The notes under the pieces were generated by a model that worked only from the letters and a program-made list of their open reading frames with translations, did no database searches and had not been told where the DNA came from. Shown piece by piece: positions 48,600 to 61,171 of a DNA stretch of 64,000 bases (positions are counted from its first letter, which is position 1; every line of letters starts with the position of its first letter). The position numbers were made by a program, and so were the translations under genes. The DNA comes from an uncultured delta proteobacterium. Its GTDB lineage: Bacteria; Desulfobacterota; Syntrophia; Syntrophales; UBA2192. The stretch is from NCBI GenBank assembly GCA_963705165.1, contig CAVPJD010000009.1, positions 83,088-147,087 on the forward strand, read 5' to 3'.

Positions 48600-49886
48600 G
48601 TGACGGCCTGTCGAGCCGGCAGCCACGCCCTGGCTCGCCGGCGCCACCGCGCACCACGGCTGGGTGGCACCGCGTGTGCCCTCGCGGTGGCCCTCTGCCT
48701 GGCGGGCGCGGCCGGCCTCGCAGCCTCGGCGCCCCCGTCGCGTTCCTCCAGTTCCTCGCGCTTTCGCACCGCGGTTGACGCGGCCAACGACGTGCCCCCG
48801 GCGCTGCTGGCCAGGATGCGCGCGACGCCGCATGCGTACTTCCGCTTCGTCAACAAGGAGTGGACGCAGGCCGTCTGCGACGAGTACCGCGCCGACATCG
48901 AGCGCCTGCCAACGGTCCGGCTGCACGGCGACGCTCACGTCGAGCAGTACGCGGTGACGGCCGACTCGCGTGGCCTGGACGACTTCGACGACTCGGCGAT
49001 GGGACCGGCGGTCGTCGACATCGTCCGCTTTCTGGGCTCGCTGCAGCTGGTGGCACGGCAGGAGGGATGGCAGCGCGAGAACCACGCGTTTGTCGACGCG
49101 TTCTTCCGCGGCTACGAGCGTGCCCTCGACGATTCGTCCTACACCCCGAAGGAACCCGCGGTGGCGACACGCCTGCGCGAGCGCCCGGTGCGGAGTCCCT
49201 CTCGAGTTCCTCGCCTGGGCGGAGTCGCTGATGCGCGAGGCCTCGCCGGAGGTCATGCGCGCGTTGGAAGACGGCCTCGCGGCGTTTCGTCGGCACTCCG
49301 TCGAGCAGATGCCCGAGGTCACGGAGGGCTACGTCGCGGTCAAGAAATTCGGCGTGCTGCACATGGGCATCGGCAGCGCCCTCTCCTTGAAGGTGCTGAT
49401 GCGCGTCGAGGGGCCGTCGGCCGCCCCCGACGACGACGTGATCGTCGAGGCCAAGGAACTGGTCCGCCTCGACAGCGCATCGTGCGTGAGCGTGCCGCCG
49501 CCAATCGAGGCGTTCCGCGTCGTCACCGCGGCCTCGCAACTCGGGCGTCTGCATCACCGGTTCCTCTGGTGGTCCCGGTCCCGCACGCGATCAACGACCG
49601 TCCCGACTCGCCGGGCTGGTGGGTGCGGTCGTGGGACGCCACCTACCGCGAATTGGAGATCGCCGACCTCGCCTCGCCGACGGACCTGCTCCAGGTGGCC
49701 GAGGACGCCGGTGCGCAACTGGGCGCCGCCAACACGCGCGAAGGGCCCGAAACGGATCGCGCGGCCGCCAGGCGGCGCGAGCGGGCCACCGTCGCCAGGC
49801 TCGAGCCCCGCATTCGCCGAACCGCGGCCAGGCTGACGGCTGAGGTCGTCGACGCGTGGGAGGTCCTCAAGGCCGCCCGACCCTGA
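48600..49886 (+). CDS. DUF2252 family (kinase-like fold) protein, frameshifted
   Basis: RMRATPHAYFRF, LHGDAHVEQY, DDFDDS..GP..VD, GIGS and VEAKE motifs. Confidence 0.7.
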   Translation: MTACRAGSHALARRRHRAPRLGGTACALAVALCLAGAAGLAASAPPSRSSSSSRFRTAVDAANDVPPALLARMRATPHAYFRFVNKEWTQAVCDEYRADIERLPTVRLHGDAHVEQYAVTADSRGLDDFDDSAMGPAVVDIVRFLGSLQLVARQEGWQRENHAFVDAFFRGYERALDDSSYTPKEPAVATRLRERPVRSPSRVPRLGGVADARGLAGGHARVGRRPRGVSSALRRADARGHGGLRRGQEIRRAAHGHRQRPLLEGADARRGAVGRPRRRRDRRGQGTGPPRQRIVRERAAANRGVPRRHRGLATRASASPVPLVVPVPHAINDRPDSPGWWVRSWDATYRELEIADLASPTDLLQVAEDAGAQLGAANTREGPETDRAAARRRERATVARLEPRIRRTAARLTAEVVDAWEVLKAARP

Positions 49887-49935
49887 TCCCGGACATGCGA
49901 GGGGCCGCTGCGCGCCTTGACTGGCACGCCCCGGC

Positions 49936-51682
49936 ATGGTGTCATCCCTCGTGCTTCACACCACGTTACCTCGTGTACGAACGCGGGCCGGCCAGGTCCT
50001 GGTGGCCCTGGTCGTCGCCGGTGCCTGCGCCATGGCTCCCCGGGCGCTCGCCCAGGTTGCGGGCGTCGCCAAGACAGCGACCCCGGCCCCGACTCCGCCT
50101 GCGCCAGTCGTCGAGGCCGAGGCCGAGGCGCCGGATTCCCCTCGTGCCTCGATGCGGACCTTCCTTCACCTCGTCACTGTGAAGGGCGACTTCACGGCCG
50201 CCGCGAAGTACCTCGCGCTCCAGCCGGAACAGGTGTCGCGCGGCCCCGAACTCGCGCGGCGCCTGCGCGCCGTGCTCGAGCAACTGGACCGCATCGACAC
50301 CGACGCGCTGTCGCCCTCCTCGGACGGCAACCGCGAGGACGGGTTGCCCGCCGGCGTGGACCAGATTGCGTCGGTGCCGGACGCGCAGGGGGGGTCCGAT
50401 CCCGTCGTCCTGGTCCGGCGTCGGGACGAGCTCGGTACCCGGTGGGCGTTCTCGCCGCAGACCGTCGCCCGGATCGACGGCTGGTACCGACAACCTGCCC
50501 GACCATTGGGTGCGGGACCGGCTGCCCGAGCCGCTGCTGCGCTACGGGCCGCACAATCTGATGTGGTGGCAGTGGCTGGCCCTGCCCCTGCTGGCGCTGA
50601 TCGCGTTGGCATGCGGCCGGGTGCTGGGCTCCATCACGTGTGCGGTGCTGGCGCGCGCGTCCGCGCAGACGACCAATACCCGGGACGACCACCTGCTCCG
50701 CCGCGTGAGACCGTCCATCACGCTGCTCTGGTCGCTCGCCGTGGCGGCCGCCCTGCTCCCGTGGCTTGCGCTGCTGCCGGCCTCGCGCGGATTCGTGCGC
50801 GCCGTGATGAGCAGCCTCGCGCTCTTTGCCATCTTCTGGGGGCTCTGGCGCTCTGTGGACGTCGTCATCCAGGCCCTGCTCGAGCGCCCGTCGAATGCCG
50901 CCAACGCCTCGGTCCGGTCGCTGCTCTCGGTCGGCGGCAACCTCCTGAAGCTGCTCGTGGTGGTCGCGGGCCTGGCGGTCATGCTCGAGGCCTGGGGGTA
51001 CCAGGTGGCCACCGTGATGGCCGGCCTCGGCCTGGGCGGCATTGCGCTGGCGTTCGGTGCGCAGAAGACGGTGGAGAACCTCTTCGGCTCCGTCGCCCTG
51101 GCCGCCGACCAACCCCTCCGGGTGGGCGATTACGTCCGCGTCGAGGACGTGACGGGCACCGTCGAGAGCATCGGCACGCGGTCCACGCGCCTCCGCACGC
51201 TCGACCGCACGCAGGTCACCATCCCCAACGGCAAGCTGGCCGACACGCGCATCGAGTCCTTCGGCGCGCGCGACCGCATCCGGCTCGCGATGACCGTCGG
51301 CGTGACCTACGGCACCTCGCGGGATCAGATGACCCGCATCCTCGCGGGCATCGAGCGTGTCCTTCGCTCACAGCCGCTGATCTGGCCCGACACCGTCGTG
51401 GCGCGCTTCGCCGCGTTGGGCCCGCATTCGCTCGAGATCGAAGTCATGTGCTGGTTCAACACCGAAGAGCGCGACCAGTTCAGGGCCTGCCGGCAGGACG
51501 TGCTGCTGGGCATCATGGAGGTGGTCGAGGGGGCCGGGTCGAGCTTTGCCTTTCCGACGCGGACGGTGCACCTGGTGGGGGGATCCGAGGTCGAAGGTGA
51601 GTGCGGTGGCCGACGGCGGCCGGTGACGGCGCAGCCCAGCGCGTGGGCGTCCTCCAGCATGGTGTCACGGTCCTTCTTCTGA
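49936..51682 (+). CDS. MscS family mechanosensitive channel with periplasmic N-domain, frameshift at ~50490
   Basis: AGLGLGGIALAFGAQKTVENLFG, PLRVGD, GTVESIGTRSTRLRT, IPNG and FAFPTRTV motifs. Confidence 0.92.
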
Positions 51683-51929
51683 TCTTCGAGGTGCATGTCA
51701 TGCCGGGGCTACCTATACTGCCGCCATGGCGTCACGCAACGACTCGACACGCCACCTCGAATGGCGGCTCCCGGAGCAGCATTTCAGCGGCAGGGACGAG
51801 GGAGGTCGCCGCACAGGTCGAGCCACTGATCGTCACCCTCGTGGCCTGCCGCCACTCGCGCGGGGGGGCCGCGAGTCCGCCGAACCAGCCAACCGGACCA
51901 CCGCCCGCCTGTGGTTGCGCCTGCCGGCG

Positions 51930-53064
51930 ATGATTGGGTTCGCGGCGCTGCTGCTCGCGGTGCCGAACCCGCTGGCCGCCCAGACTGCGCAGGACCCCGA
52001 CGCGGCGCCCCAGACTGCGCGCGATCCCTGGCGGGACGTCACCTTCGGCGCGACCCTCGAGGCCTACTACCAGTACAACGCGAACCATCCGCGGACCGCA
52101 TCTCGCTGCTGCGCGCCTACGACACGCGCGCCAATACCTTCGGCCATTCAGCAGGCCGGCCTCCTCGTCGAATTGGCCGCCGGCGCCGGACGAAGGCCGC
52201 CGCTATGGGCTGCGCCTCGACCTGATGTTCGGTCAGGCGACGGAGACCGTGCAGGGCAACGCCGCCAACGAGCCGCGCCCCGACGTCTATCGCCACATCT
52301 GGCAGGCCTACGGGTCTTATGTGTTTCCGGTCGGCCGCGGGCCTGCAGGTCCGACTTCGGCAAGTTCGCGTCGAACCTCGGCTACGAAACCAACTACGCC
52401 AAGGACAACCAGGCCTTCTCCCGCTCGTTCCTGTTTAATTCCTGCCGTACTACCACTCCGGCCTGCGTGCGTCGCTGCCCGTGCACGACAAGGTGACGCT
52501 CATGTACATGCTCACCAACGGCATCCAGCAGACCGAGGAGTTCAACGACTTCAAGTCGGACCATGTCGCCGAGGTCAACCCCGGTCTCGACTCGCGTGGA
52601 CGGTCAACTACTACTGCGGCCAGGAGCAACCTTTGACGGGGGCCCGCCCGTCGGCCCTGATGGCGGTTCCGCGTGTTGGACACCAACGTCACGGTCCCGT
52701 CGACCGTGGGCCTGGGCCTCGACGTGAACCACGCCACCAACGAGGTGAAGGCGGAGGACCTGACCTGTCGCTCACCGGCCTGGGCGCCTACGCTCGCGCC
52801 AAGATGGCGCCGAGGCCCCCTGGCGGTGCGATACGAACGGCTTGACGACGAGGGGCTGTTCGGCGGCATGGATCAGGTGCTGCAGGAAGTCACACTCACG
52901 GCTGGAGCGGCAGCCTCGCCGAGGGGCTGCTGCCACGGGCCGAATATCGGCAGGACTGGTCGGACGTGGAGTTCTTCCCCTCGGACCAACGGCTGCGGGA
53001 TCGTCAGCCGACGTTTCTCGTGGGGGCGATCTGGTGGTTCGGCAGCAAGACCGGCACCTGGTAG
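51930..53064 (+). CDS. Outer-membrane beta-barrel porin (BBP2/DUF1597-like), multiply frameshifted; start uncertain
   Basis: EAYYQYN, RLDLMFGQATE, IWQAYGSY, DFGKFASNLGYE and YHSGLR motifs; aromatic C-terminus. Confidence 0.75.
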
Positions 53065-53226
53065 CAGGTCGACGCGTGGGATCTCGCCTTCGTCATCGTC
53101 ACGGCGCGTACTTCGGGCTGTCGTTCGCCAACGTCGCCGGCGGCGACCGGCTGGTGGAGTCCTGAATGACCTTCGAGCACACATCGGGCTCGCGGCGACG
53201 ACCACCAGCCGCGCGCCGGCGTGCGG

Positions 53227-53412
53227 CTAGGGCTTGATCTCCGCCTGGGGCAGCCTGGCGACCTTGTGCGTGAGCACTTCCAACATGGCCGTGCTCGTCA
53301 GCTTGTGGCCGGGTGTCACGCGTGGCACACAGCCGGCGATCAGTTGCTTGGTGCGCAGCGCCGCCACCACGACGAACTCGAAGGGGTTGGTTGCCAACTG
53401 CGTGTAGATCAC
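53227..53412 (-). CDS. RNA polymerase omega-subunit-like small protein
   Basis: NPFEFVVVAALRTKQLIAG..P......K.TSTAMLEV..KV resembles the RpoZ pattern (xRF/YxLVxxAAxRARQLxxG...K.T..Ax.E); GGAG RBS. Confidence 0.65.
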   Translation of the reverse strand: MIYTQLATNPFEFVVVAALRTKQLIAGCVPRVTPGHKLTSTAMLEVLTHKVARLPQAEIKP

Positions 53413-53738
53413 GTGCGTCTCCCATTGGTCTGCGTGGACTGCCGTCCATCATCGACGCACGCGACGCGCCGGTCAGCGACCTGGCTCGCCTGATAGCCAA
53501 GGACGTTGCCGGCCCGCGAAGACCGCCAACCGGATAGCCACCGAGACGACGACCCGGGTTGCGCCGAGGACAGCCTGCCTGTGTGCCCTGAACCTGCCTG
53601 ATTGTATTCGGACCGGTGCACGCCGGCTGTTCAGTCTTGAACGGCCCGCCCAAACGCCGTGTGGCGAGCGCCGGCGCCGGGTTGGCCCACGCGTGTCGCG
53701 GCGGCCGGCCGCGGGAGTCACTGGGGAGGGAGGGTGGC

Positions 53739-54406
53739 ATGTGGTCGAGTGAGAGAGCCCGTCAGCAAGCGCTCGCGTTCGACGTGCAGGCGTTTCTGGG
53801 CACGGCGGGGCTGTCGCGGAGAATCGCGAAGTACCGCCGCGGGCAGTCAATCTCAGGCAGGGTGACGGGGCAGACACCGTTCTCTACGTCCAGACGGGCA
53901 ACGTCAAGCTCTCGGTGGTGTCCGAGAGAGGCAAGGAGGCGGTCGTGGCCGTCCTCGGCCCCGGGTTCTTCTTCGGCGAAGGGGCCCTCACCGGGGCACC
54001 CCGGCGCCTCGGCCACGCGATCGCCATGGAGGCGAGCGCCGTGCTGGTCATCGACAAGGACGAGATGGGGCGGAGGCTCAGCGAGCACCCGACGCTGGCG
54101 TCCCGGTTCATCTCGCACCTGCTGGCTCGCAACATCCGCGTCGAGGCCGACCTGGTCGACCAGTTGTTCAATTCCAGTGAGAAGCGGCTGGCCCGGGCGC
54201 TCCTGCTCCTCGCCCGCTACGGGACGGAGGAAGCGCCCCACAGGACGCTGCCCAGGATTTCCCAGGAGGTGCTCGCCGAGATGGTGGGCACGACGCGTTC
54301 GCGCGTGAACCTCTTCATGAACAAGTTCCGCAGGCTCGGGTTCCTGGAGTACAACGGCGGCATCAAGGTCCACAGCTCCCTCCTGAGCGTGGTCCTGCAC
54401 GACTGA
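53739..54406 (+). CDS. Crp/Fnr family transcriptional regulator, frameshift at ~53850
   Basis: GKEAVVAVLGPGFFFGEG, DQLFNSSEKRLAR and HTH SQEVLAEMVGTTRSRVNLFMNKFR. Confidence 0.92.
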
Positions 54407-54545
54407 CAGCCCCACAACGGGGTGCCCAGTCGTGAGGCGTTGGGAGGCGACCGAGGGCGCGCCGGGGCGCGTCCGGCGGACCGGCCGGCCAGGAATCTGT
54501 ACAGATGTGTAATCCGGCCAGCCCCGTCCACCGTACAGCTTGGAC

Positions 54546-54779
54546 ATGCCCAAACGCTTCTCTTTCGCCATGATTGCGCTGTCCTGGTTGTCGATCGCGG
54601 TCGTTGCCTGGTTCGTCGCGGTGCCAGAGTGGATCTCGCTGACGAATCTCAGCTGGCTCAACGCCTTCGTGCTGGGGTTCTTCGCCATCCTGCTTGCGGT
54701 CCAACGGGCTGGGCGGCCGTCGGCCTCGATCGCGGGCATTCTCTACGACACCGAGCACCCCGGTCGTTCCCGCCGATGA
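54546..54779 (+). CDS. Small 2-TM hypothetical protein
   Basis: Two hydrophobic segments; ATGA overlap with the next ORF. Confidence 0.55.
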   Translation: MPKRFSFAMIALSWLSIAVVAWFVAVPEWISLTNLSWLNAFVLGFFAILLAVQRAGRPSASIAGILYDTEHPGRSRR

Positions 54780-54982
54780 CGTCGCCAGGGCCCGGCAAGA
54801 GGCCGCACGTGCCACCCGACCGGGCCCGCGTGATCGCAAACCTGCAGGCCCTCATCGCCGCGCTGGATCGCCGCGTGCCCCACATCGAACGCGCCGGCGA
54901 GCGGCAGATCGCCCACGACGCTGGACTGCTGAGGCAGAAAGCCCTGAAGCGGCTCGAGGCGCTGCGAGAGCAGGGCGAATAG
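54776..54982 (+). CDS. Small helical hypothetical protein
   Basis: MTSPG...LQALIAALDRRVPHIERAGERQIAHDA...; translationally coupled to the previous ORF. Confidence 0.6.
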   Translation: MTSPGPGKRPHVPPDRARVIANLQALIAALDRRVPHIERAGERQIAHDAGLLRQKALKRLEALREQGE

Positions 54983-54985
54983 GCC

Positions 54986-55225
54986 ATGGACGATCCTCGA
55001 TACGCGGCGGGCGTCCACGGCACCTTCTGCGCCAACCTGAACCATCGCCGTGGCGATGTCCCCGTCGGCCACTGCCCCCAGTGTGGAGCCGTCGTGAACG
55101 CCCGCGTGCAAGCGTCGCGATGCACCGACGTGGACCACGCAACGGCGCGGCGCCAGCGATCAGATTACTGTGTGCACTGCGGAGTCAGGCTGATCGAGGG
55201 TCGGCAGGCTTCCAGTTGGCGGTGA
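54986..55225 (+). CDS. Small Cys/His-rich zinc-ribbon-like protein
   Basis: CANLNHRR...HCPQCG...C....H...YCVHCG. Confidence 0.65.
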   Translation: MDDPRYAAGVHGTFCANLNHRRGDVPVGHCPQCGAVVNARVQASRCTDVDHATARRQRSDYCVHCGVRLIEGRQASSWR

Positions 55226-55471
55226 TCACTTGCGACAGCCTGCTGGCCGGCCCGCTCTTGACAGGCCCGCTCCAGAGGCCTTGACAGCGCCCGGAACCCG
55301 GCGACAATAGCAGACCGGACTCGCTCCACCTTCGAGAACGCCCGTCTCCGCGTTGGACCGTGTTCGGCGGATGCTTGCATGGCGGCGGGCTGGCTCCCGT
55401 CGCGCCACGATTTCGACGACTCACGCCCGCTGCCGCTGCCGCGGCGCGCGTGGCCGGCTGCGCAGAGACCC

Positions 55472-56564
55472 ATGACCACCGCTCGATGCCTCGTGCTGAC
55501 GACCCTGCTGGCGGCGGGTACCGCCGGCTGTCGCGGAGGCGACCCGCCTGCCGCCGCCGGACCGGGGGCCATGCCGCCGATGGAGGTGAAGACCATCACG
55601 CTGGCGGCCAGGCCGGTCCCGCAGTCCTCGGAGTTCATCGCGAGCATCCGATCGCTGCGCTCGACCACGGTCCAGCCCCAGGTGGAAGGCATCGTCCGCC
55701 GTATCTTCGTGACGGCCGGCGCCCGCGTGCGCGCCGGCGAGCCGCTGGCACAGATCGACCCGGAGAAGCAGCAAGCCTCGGTCACGACGTGGCAGTCCGC
55801 GCGGGTGGCGCGCGAGGCCGAGGTGGCGTTCACCAGGCAGCAGCTCGTGCGCATGGAGACGCTGCTCGAGGCCGGCGCCGTCAGCCGCGCGGAGATGGAG
55901 CAGGCGCAGACCGCGCACACGACGGCACAGGCGCAGCTGAACGCGCTGGAGTCCCAGATCCGCGAGAGCCAGGTGGAACTCCAGTACCTACCGCGTCACG
56001 GCGCCGGCCTCCGGCACCGTCGGCGAGATCCCCGTCCGCGAGGGCGACCGCGTCACCCCCTCGACCACAATCACCACCATCGACGGGGGACAGGGCCTCG
56101 AAGCCTACATCGACGTCCCGCTCGAGCAGCGCCACCAGCCTGCGGCCTGGCTTGCCGGTGGAACTGCTCGACGGCGCCGGGCAGGTGGTGGCGGTCAACC
56201 CGTCACGTTCGTCGCGCCTCGGGCCGACGAAAGACCCAGAGCGTGCTCGCGAAGGCGACGCTGCGCAGCGTGCCACCGGGCGCGCGAGTGGAGCAGTACG
56301 TTCGCGCGCGGCTCGTGTGGAGCAGCGCGCCGGCGCTGGCCGTGCCGGTGGTCGCCGTGAACCGGGTCAGCGGCCAGTATTTCGTGTTCGTGGCCGAGCA
56401 GGGCCAGGGCGGGTTCGTCGCCCGGCAGAAGCCGATCACCGTCGGCGAGGTCGTGGGCGAGGACTACGTCGTGACGGCGGGTCTGCAGGCGGGCCAGCGC
56501 GTCATCGTCTCCAACGTCCAGAAGCTGGGCGACGGGGCGCCCGTCGCGCCCGGCCGGCAGCTAA
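55472..56564 (+). CDS. RND efflux periplasmic adaptor (MFP), lipoprotein, frameshifted
   Basis: Lipobox TAGC, VQPQVEGIVRRIFV, hairpin helix and GLQAGQRVIVSNVQKL. Confidence 0.85.
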
Positions 56565-56568
56565 CGCC

Positions 56569-59500
56569 ATGTTCGTCGACACCTTCATCAGCGCCCTGTC
56601 CTGGCGTCGGTCGTGTCGCTGGTCATCGTGCTGGCCGGCGCGCTGGCGATCCCGACCATGCCGGTGGCGCAGTACCCGGACGTGGCCCCCCACAGGTGAG
56701 CGTCCTGGCGGTCTACACGGGCGCGAACGCCGAAACCGTCGAAACCGCCGTCACGACACCGATCGAGCAGGCGATCAACGGCGTCGAGGGCATGCTCTAC
56801 ATGACCTCGGCCAGCACGCAACAGCGGCGTCGAGCCAGATCAACGTCGGTCTTCGACGTGACGCGCAACCAGGATCTGGCGGCCGTGGACGTCCAGAACC
56901 GCGTGAGCCAGGCACTGGGCCGGATGCCAGGCGAGGTGCGGCAGACCGGCATCACCGTCCAGAAGCAGGCGAACAACTTCGTCATGGGCGCCGGCGTGTT
57001 CTCGGCCGGCGGCGAGTACGACTCGCTCTTCCTCTCCAACTACATCGACGTCTACGTCAAGGACGCGCTCAAGCGCGTGCCCGGCGTGGCCGACGTGATG
57101 ATCTTCGGCGAGCGCAAGTACTCGATGCGCCTCTGGCTGGACCCCGTCCGCCTCGCGGCACGCGGCATCACGGCCGGCGACGTGGTGGACGCCCTGCGCG
57201 AGCAGAACGTCCAGGTCGCAGCCGGCAGCGTCGGCGAAGCGCCCGCCCGCGCCGGGCAGACCTACCAGATCAGCGTGCGCGCGGCGGGCCGGCTCCGCGA
57301 ACGGGCCGAGTTCGAGAGCATCATCGTCAAGGCCGGCGAGCGCGGCTCGCTGGTGCGCCTGCGCGACGTCGGGTCGGCGGAACTCGGCGCCGAGACCTAC
57401 GCCAGCACGCTGCGCTTCCAGGGGCTCGACGCGGTCGGCTTCGGCGTCATCGCGCTGCCCACGGCCAACGCGCTGGACGTCGAGAAGGGCGTCATCGAGG
57501 AACTCGACCGCCTGCAGCGCGCTTTCCCGCGGGGATGCAGTACCGCGTCGCCTTCAACACCACCGAGGTGATGTCGGAGTCGATCGCCGAGGTGCTCAAG
57601 ACGCTCGGCGAGGCGACACTGCTGGTCGTCCTCGTGATGTTCCTCTTCCTCCAGAGCTGGCGCGCAACGCTCATCCCGGCGCTCACGCTTCCCGTGTCGC
57701 TCGTCGGCACGTTCGCGTTCGTCAAGCTGATGGGCTTCTCGGTGAACACCCTCACCCTCTTCGCCATCGTGCTGGCGACGGGCATCGTCGTCGACGATGC
57801 GATCGTGGTGATCGAGAACGTGGAGCGCCACATCCAGCAGTATCGGAAGGGATCGCACCAGGCGGCCTCCGATGCGATGCGCGAGGTGCTCGGCGCGGTC
57901 ATCGCGACCGCGCTGGTGCTGGTGGCCGTCTTCGTGCCATCGCCTTCTTCCCCGGGACCGCCGGGCCGCCTCTACGCGCAGTTCGCGCTCACCATCGCCG
58001 TGGCGGTGACGATTTCGGCCTTCAACGCGCTCACGCTGACGCCCTCGCTTCGGCGCTGCTGCTGGATCGCGGCGGCGCGGAGCACGGCAAGGGGGCCTTC
58101 TTCGGCGCGATCGAGGCGTCATCACCCGGGGCACCAACGTCTACGTCGCGGTGCTGCGGCGGGCTGATGCGGCGTCCGGTGGGCGGTCGTCGCGCTGTTC
58201 CTCGTGGGGCTGGGGCTCACCTAGCTCGTCTACACGCGCGTGCCACAGGCGTTCGTGCCGGAGGAGGACAGTGGCTTCCTGCTGACGGTCGTGCAGGCGC
58301 CGGCGGGCTCGTCGCTGGAGTACACGAACAGCGTGGCGCAGGAGGTGGAGCGCATCCTCATGTCCACGCCCGAGGTGCAGTCCGTGTTCTCGGTGATGGG
58401 CTTCAGCTTCAGCGGCAGCGCGCCGAACCAGGGGATGATCTTCACCTCGCTCAAGCCCTTCGCCGAGCGGCGGGGCCGCGAGCACTCGCTGCAGGAGGTG
58501 GTGGCGCGGCTGCGCGGCCCGCTGTTCGGCGTCCAGGGCGCGATCGTCGTGCCGTTCATCCCGCCGTCGATCCCCGGCGTGAACGCGATCGGGGGCTTCA
58601 CCTTCGAGGTGTTCGACCAGGGGGGCGGGGCGGACATCAACAACCTGGCGTCCGCCGTGCAGTCGCTGGTGGGCGCGGCGAACCAGTCGCCGAAGGTGGC
58701 CGGACTCTTCAGTTCGTTCACGGCCAACGACCCGCAGCTGTCGGTGGACGATCGACCGCGAGAAGGCGCGGAGCATCGGCCTGCCGATCAGCGAGGTGAC
58801 CAGCGCGCTGCAGATCTACCTGGGGTCGGCCTACGTCAACGACTTCGACTTCAACAACCGCGCCTACCGCGTGTACGTGCAGGCCGACAAGGCGTTTCGC
58901 TCCGACCCGAAGGACCTCGGCCAGGACTACGCGCGGACGAGCGGCGGCGAGATGGTGCCGCTGTCGAGCGTCGTGCGCGTGCGCGAGGGTACGTCGCCGC
59001 AGGTGATCAGCCACTTCAACCTCTTCCGGTCGGCCACCATCAACGGCTCGGCGGCACCCGGCTTCAGCTCCCGCCAGGCGATCGACGAGATGCAGGCGCT
59101 GGCGGCGCGCGCCCTGCCGCAGGGGTTCGGCTACGCGTGGTCCGGGCTGTCGCTGGAGGAGATCAAGGCGGGGCGGCAGTCGGCTGCGATTTTCTCCATC
59201 GGCCTGCTGCTGGTCTATCTCACGCTGGCCGCGCAGGACCAGTCGCTCGTGTTGCCGTTCATCGTGCTCCTCGGGGTGCCGCTCGCGGTGCTCGGCGCGC
59301 TGTCGGCGCAGTGGGCGCGCGGGCTGCAGAACGACATCTACTGCCAGGTCGGCCTCGTGATGCTGATCGGCCTGGCGGCCAAGAACGCGATCCTCATCGT
59401 CGAGTTCGCGGAGCAGCTGCGCGAGCGCGGCATGACGATCGCCGAGGCGGCCATCGAGGCGGCCGCGCATCAGGCTGCGGCCCATCCTCATGACGTCGCT

Positions 59501-59708
59501 GGCCTTCATCCTCGGCGTGATGCCGCTCGTGTTCGCGTCCGGCGCAGGGCAGGAGGGCCGGTGGTCGGTCGGCACCACCGTGGCCGGGGGCATGGCCTTC
59601 GCCACGTTCCTCAACGTCCTCTTCATTCCCATCCTGTATGCCGTCGTCCAGTCGATGCGTGGTTCGCGGCGCCGCGCGCACGCCGGGGAGGAGCCCGCAC
59701 GTGCCTAG
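56569..59708 (+). CDS. RND efflux permease (HAE1/AcrB family), multiply frameshifted
   Basis: [47 protein letters not shown] and [11 protein letters not shown] motifs. Confidence 0.93.
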
Positions 59709-61081
59709 CCGCAACGTCGATGGGGTACGCGACACGCGGCCGGCGGCCGGCGGCCATCGGCCCGACCGGCATCCTCCGGTCCCGCGTGGCGTCCACGCAC
59801 GGCTGGCGATCTGCCTCTGGCTCTGCGCGGCACTCACGGGGCCCTCTGCGGGCGCCGCGGCGCAGGGCATGGAGGCCATCACGCTGGACGAGGCAGTCCG
59901 GCGCGCGGTGGCCGGCAACCCGTCGATTCAGCAAGCCGCCGCCGGCATCCTGCAGCGCGGAGGCGCTGCTGCAGCAGACCCGCGCGCAGTCGCTGCCCTC
60001 GCTCAACGCCGCGCTGACCACGACGGTCATCGGGCCGGTACCCGAGTTCGCCGGCGAGAGCGTCGTGCCGCGGGCGCAGCTCAACACGACGGTGGGGCTG
60101 GCGGTGCCGCTGCTGATGCCCGTCCGCTGGGCACAGCGCAACCAGGCGCAGGACCAGGTGACGGTGTCGCTGCGCGCGGCGGAGGACGCCCGGCGTGCCA
60201 CCGCGGTGGCCACGGCGGAAGCCTACCTGGCGATCATCGGGTTGCGGCAGGTGGTGGAGCTCAACGAGCGCGCGCGCGACAACGCGCGGGACCATTTCGA
60301 GTACGCGCGGCAGCGCTACGAGGCGGGGCTGGGCAGCCGGCTCAATGCCCTCCGCGCGCAGCAGGAATTGTCCTCCGACGAGGCGCGCGTCGAAGAGGCG
60401 CGCCTGGCCGTCCGGCGCGCGCAGGAGGCGCTGGGCGTGCTCGTGACCGCCGACGGGCCGGTCGATGCGGCAACCGAGCCCGTCTTCGACGTGCCGGCCG
60501 CGCTGCTGACCGGTCCGGCGGGGGATGCGGCCATCGCGTCGCGCACCGACGTCCGTCTCATCGGGTCGCAGGTCGCGGCGGCCGAGCGCGTCCTGCGAGA
60601 CTCCTGGCGCGAGGACCTGCCGTCGGTGACCTCGCTGTTCGCGCCGCAGGTGCTGGCGCCGTCCGGGCTGTTCTCGCCGTCGCGGAGCTGGAGCTTCTCC
60701 GTGCTCGCCGCGGTGCCCATCTGGGAGGCAGGCGAACGTCGCGGGCGGGAGCGCGAGCGGCAGGCGGCGCTCGACTCCGTGCGCGCGGAGGCTGCCGGCG
60801 TGCAGCGCCAGGCGCTCAGCGAGGTGCGCGTGGCACGCGAGGCCGTGCAGGGCATGGAGCGCGCGCTGGCGAGCGCGCGGGCAGCCGCGCAGCAGGCGGT
60901 CGAGGTGGTACGGATCACCGACATCGCCTTCCGCGCAGGGGCCAACACCAACATCGAGGTCATCGATGCACAGCGCCGCGCGCGCGATGCCGAGACCGGC
61001 GTCGCCATCGCGGAGCACGTGCTTCGCCGCGCGCGGCTGGAACTGCTGGTCGCCACCGCCCGGTTCCCGGCCGGGGTCTGA
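59701..61081 (+). CDS. TolC family outer-membrane efflux protein, frameshift at ~59955
   Basis: [27 protein letters not shown] and [15 protein letters not shown] motifs. Confidence 0.88.
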
Positions 61082-61171
61082 CCCCAGCCCTCGTGCCGTC
61101 GCTTGGACAAGGGCGCCTGTGGATCGCCGCCACGGGCCTGGCCTACCGGGTGCCCGTGCTGGCGAGCAACG

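Noticed and set aside
51930..53064. Functional link between the BBP2-type porin and the kdp operon
   Set aside because: They are 40 kb apart and on opposite sides of the suspected chimeric junction.
55379..57571. MFP-RND and RND-TolC fusion proteins suggested by the ORF track
   Set aside because: Frameshift artefacts. A separate stop (56562-56564) and separate starts (56569, 59701) are visible.
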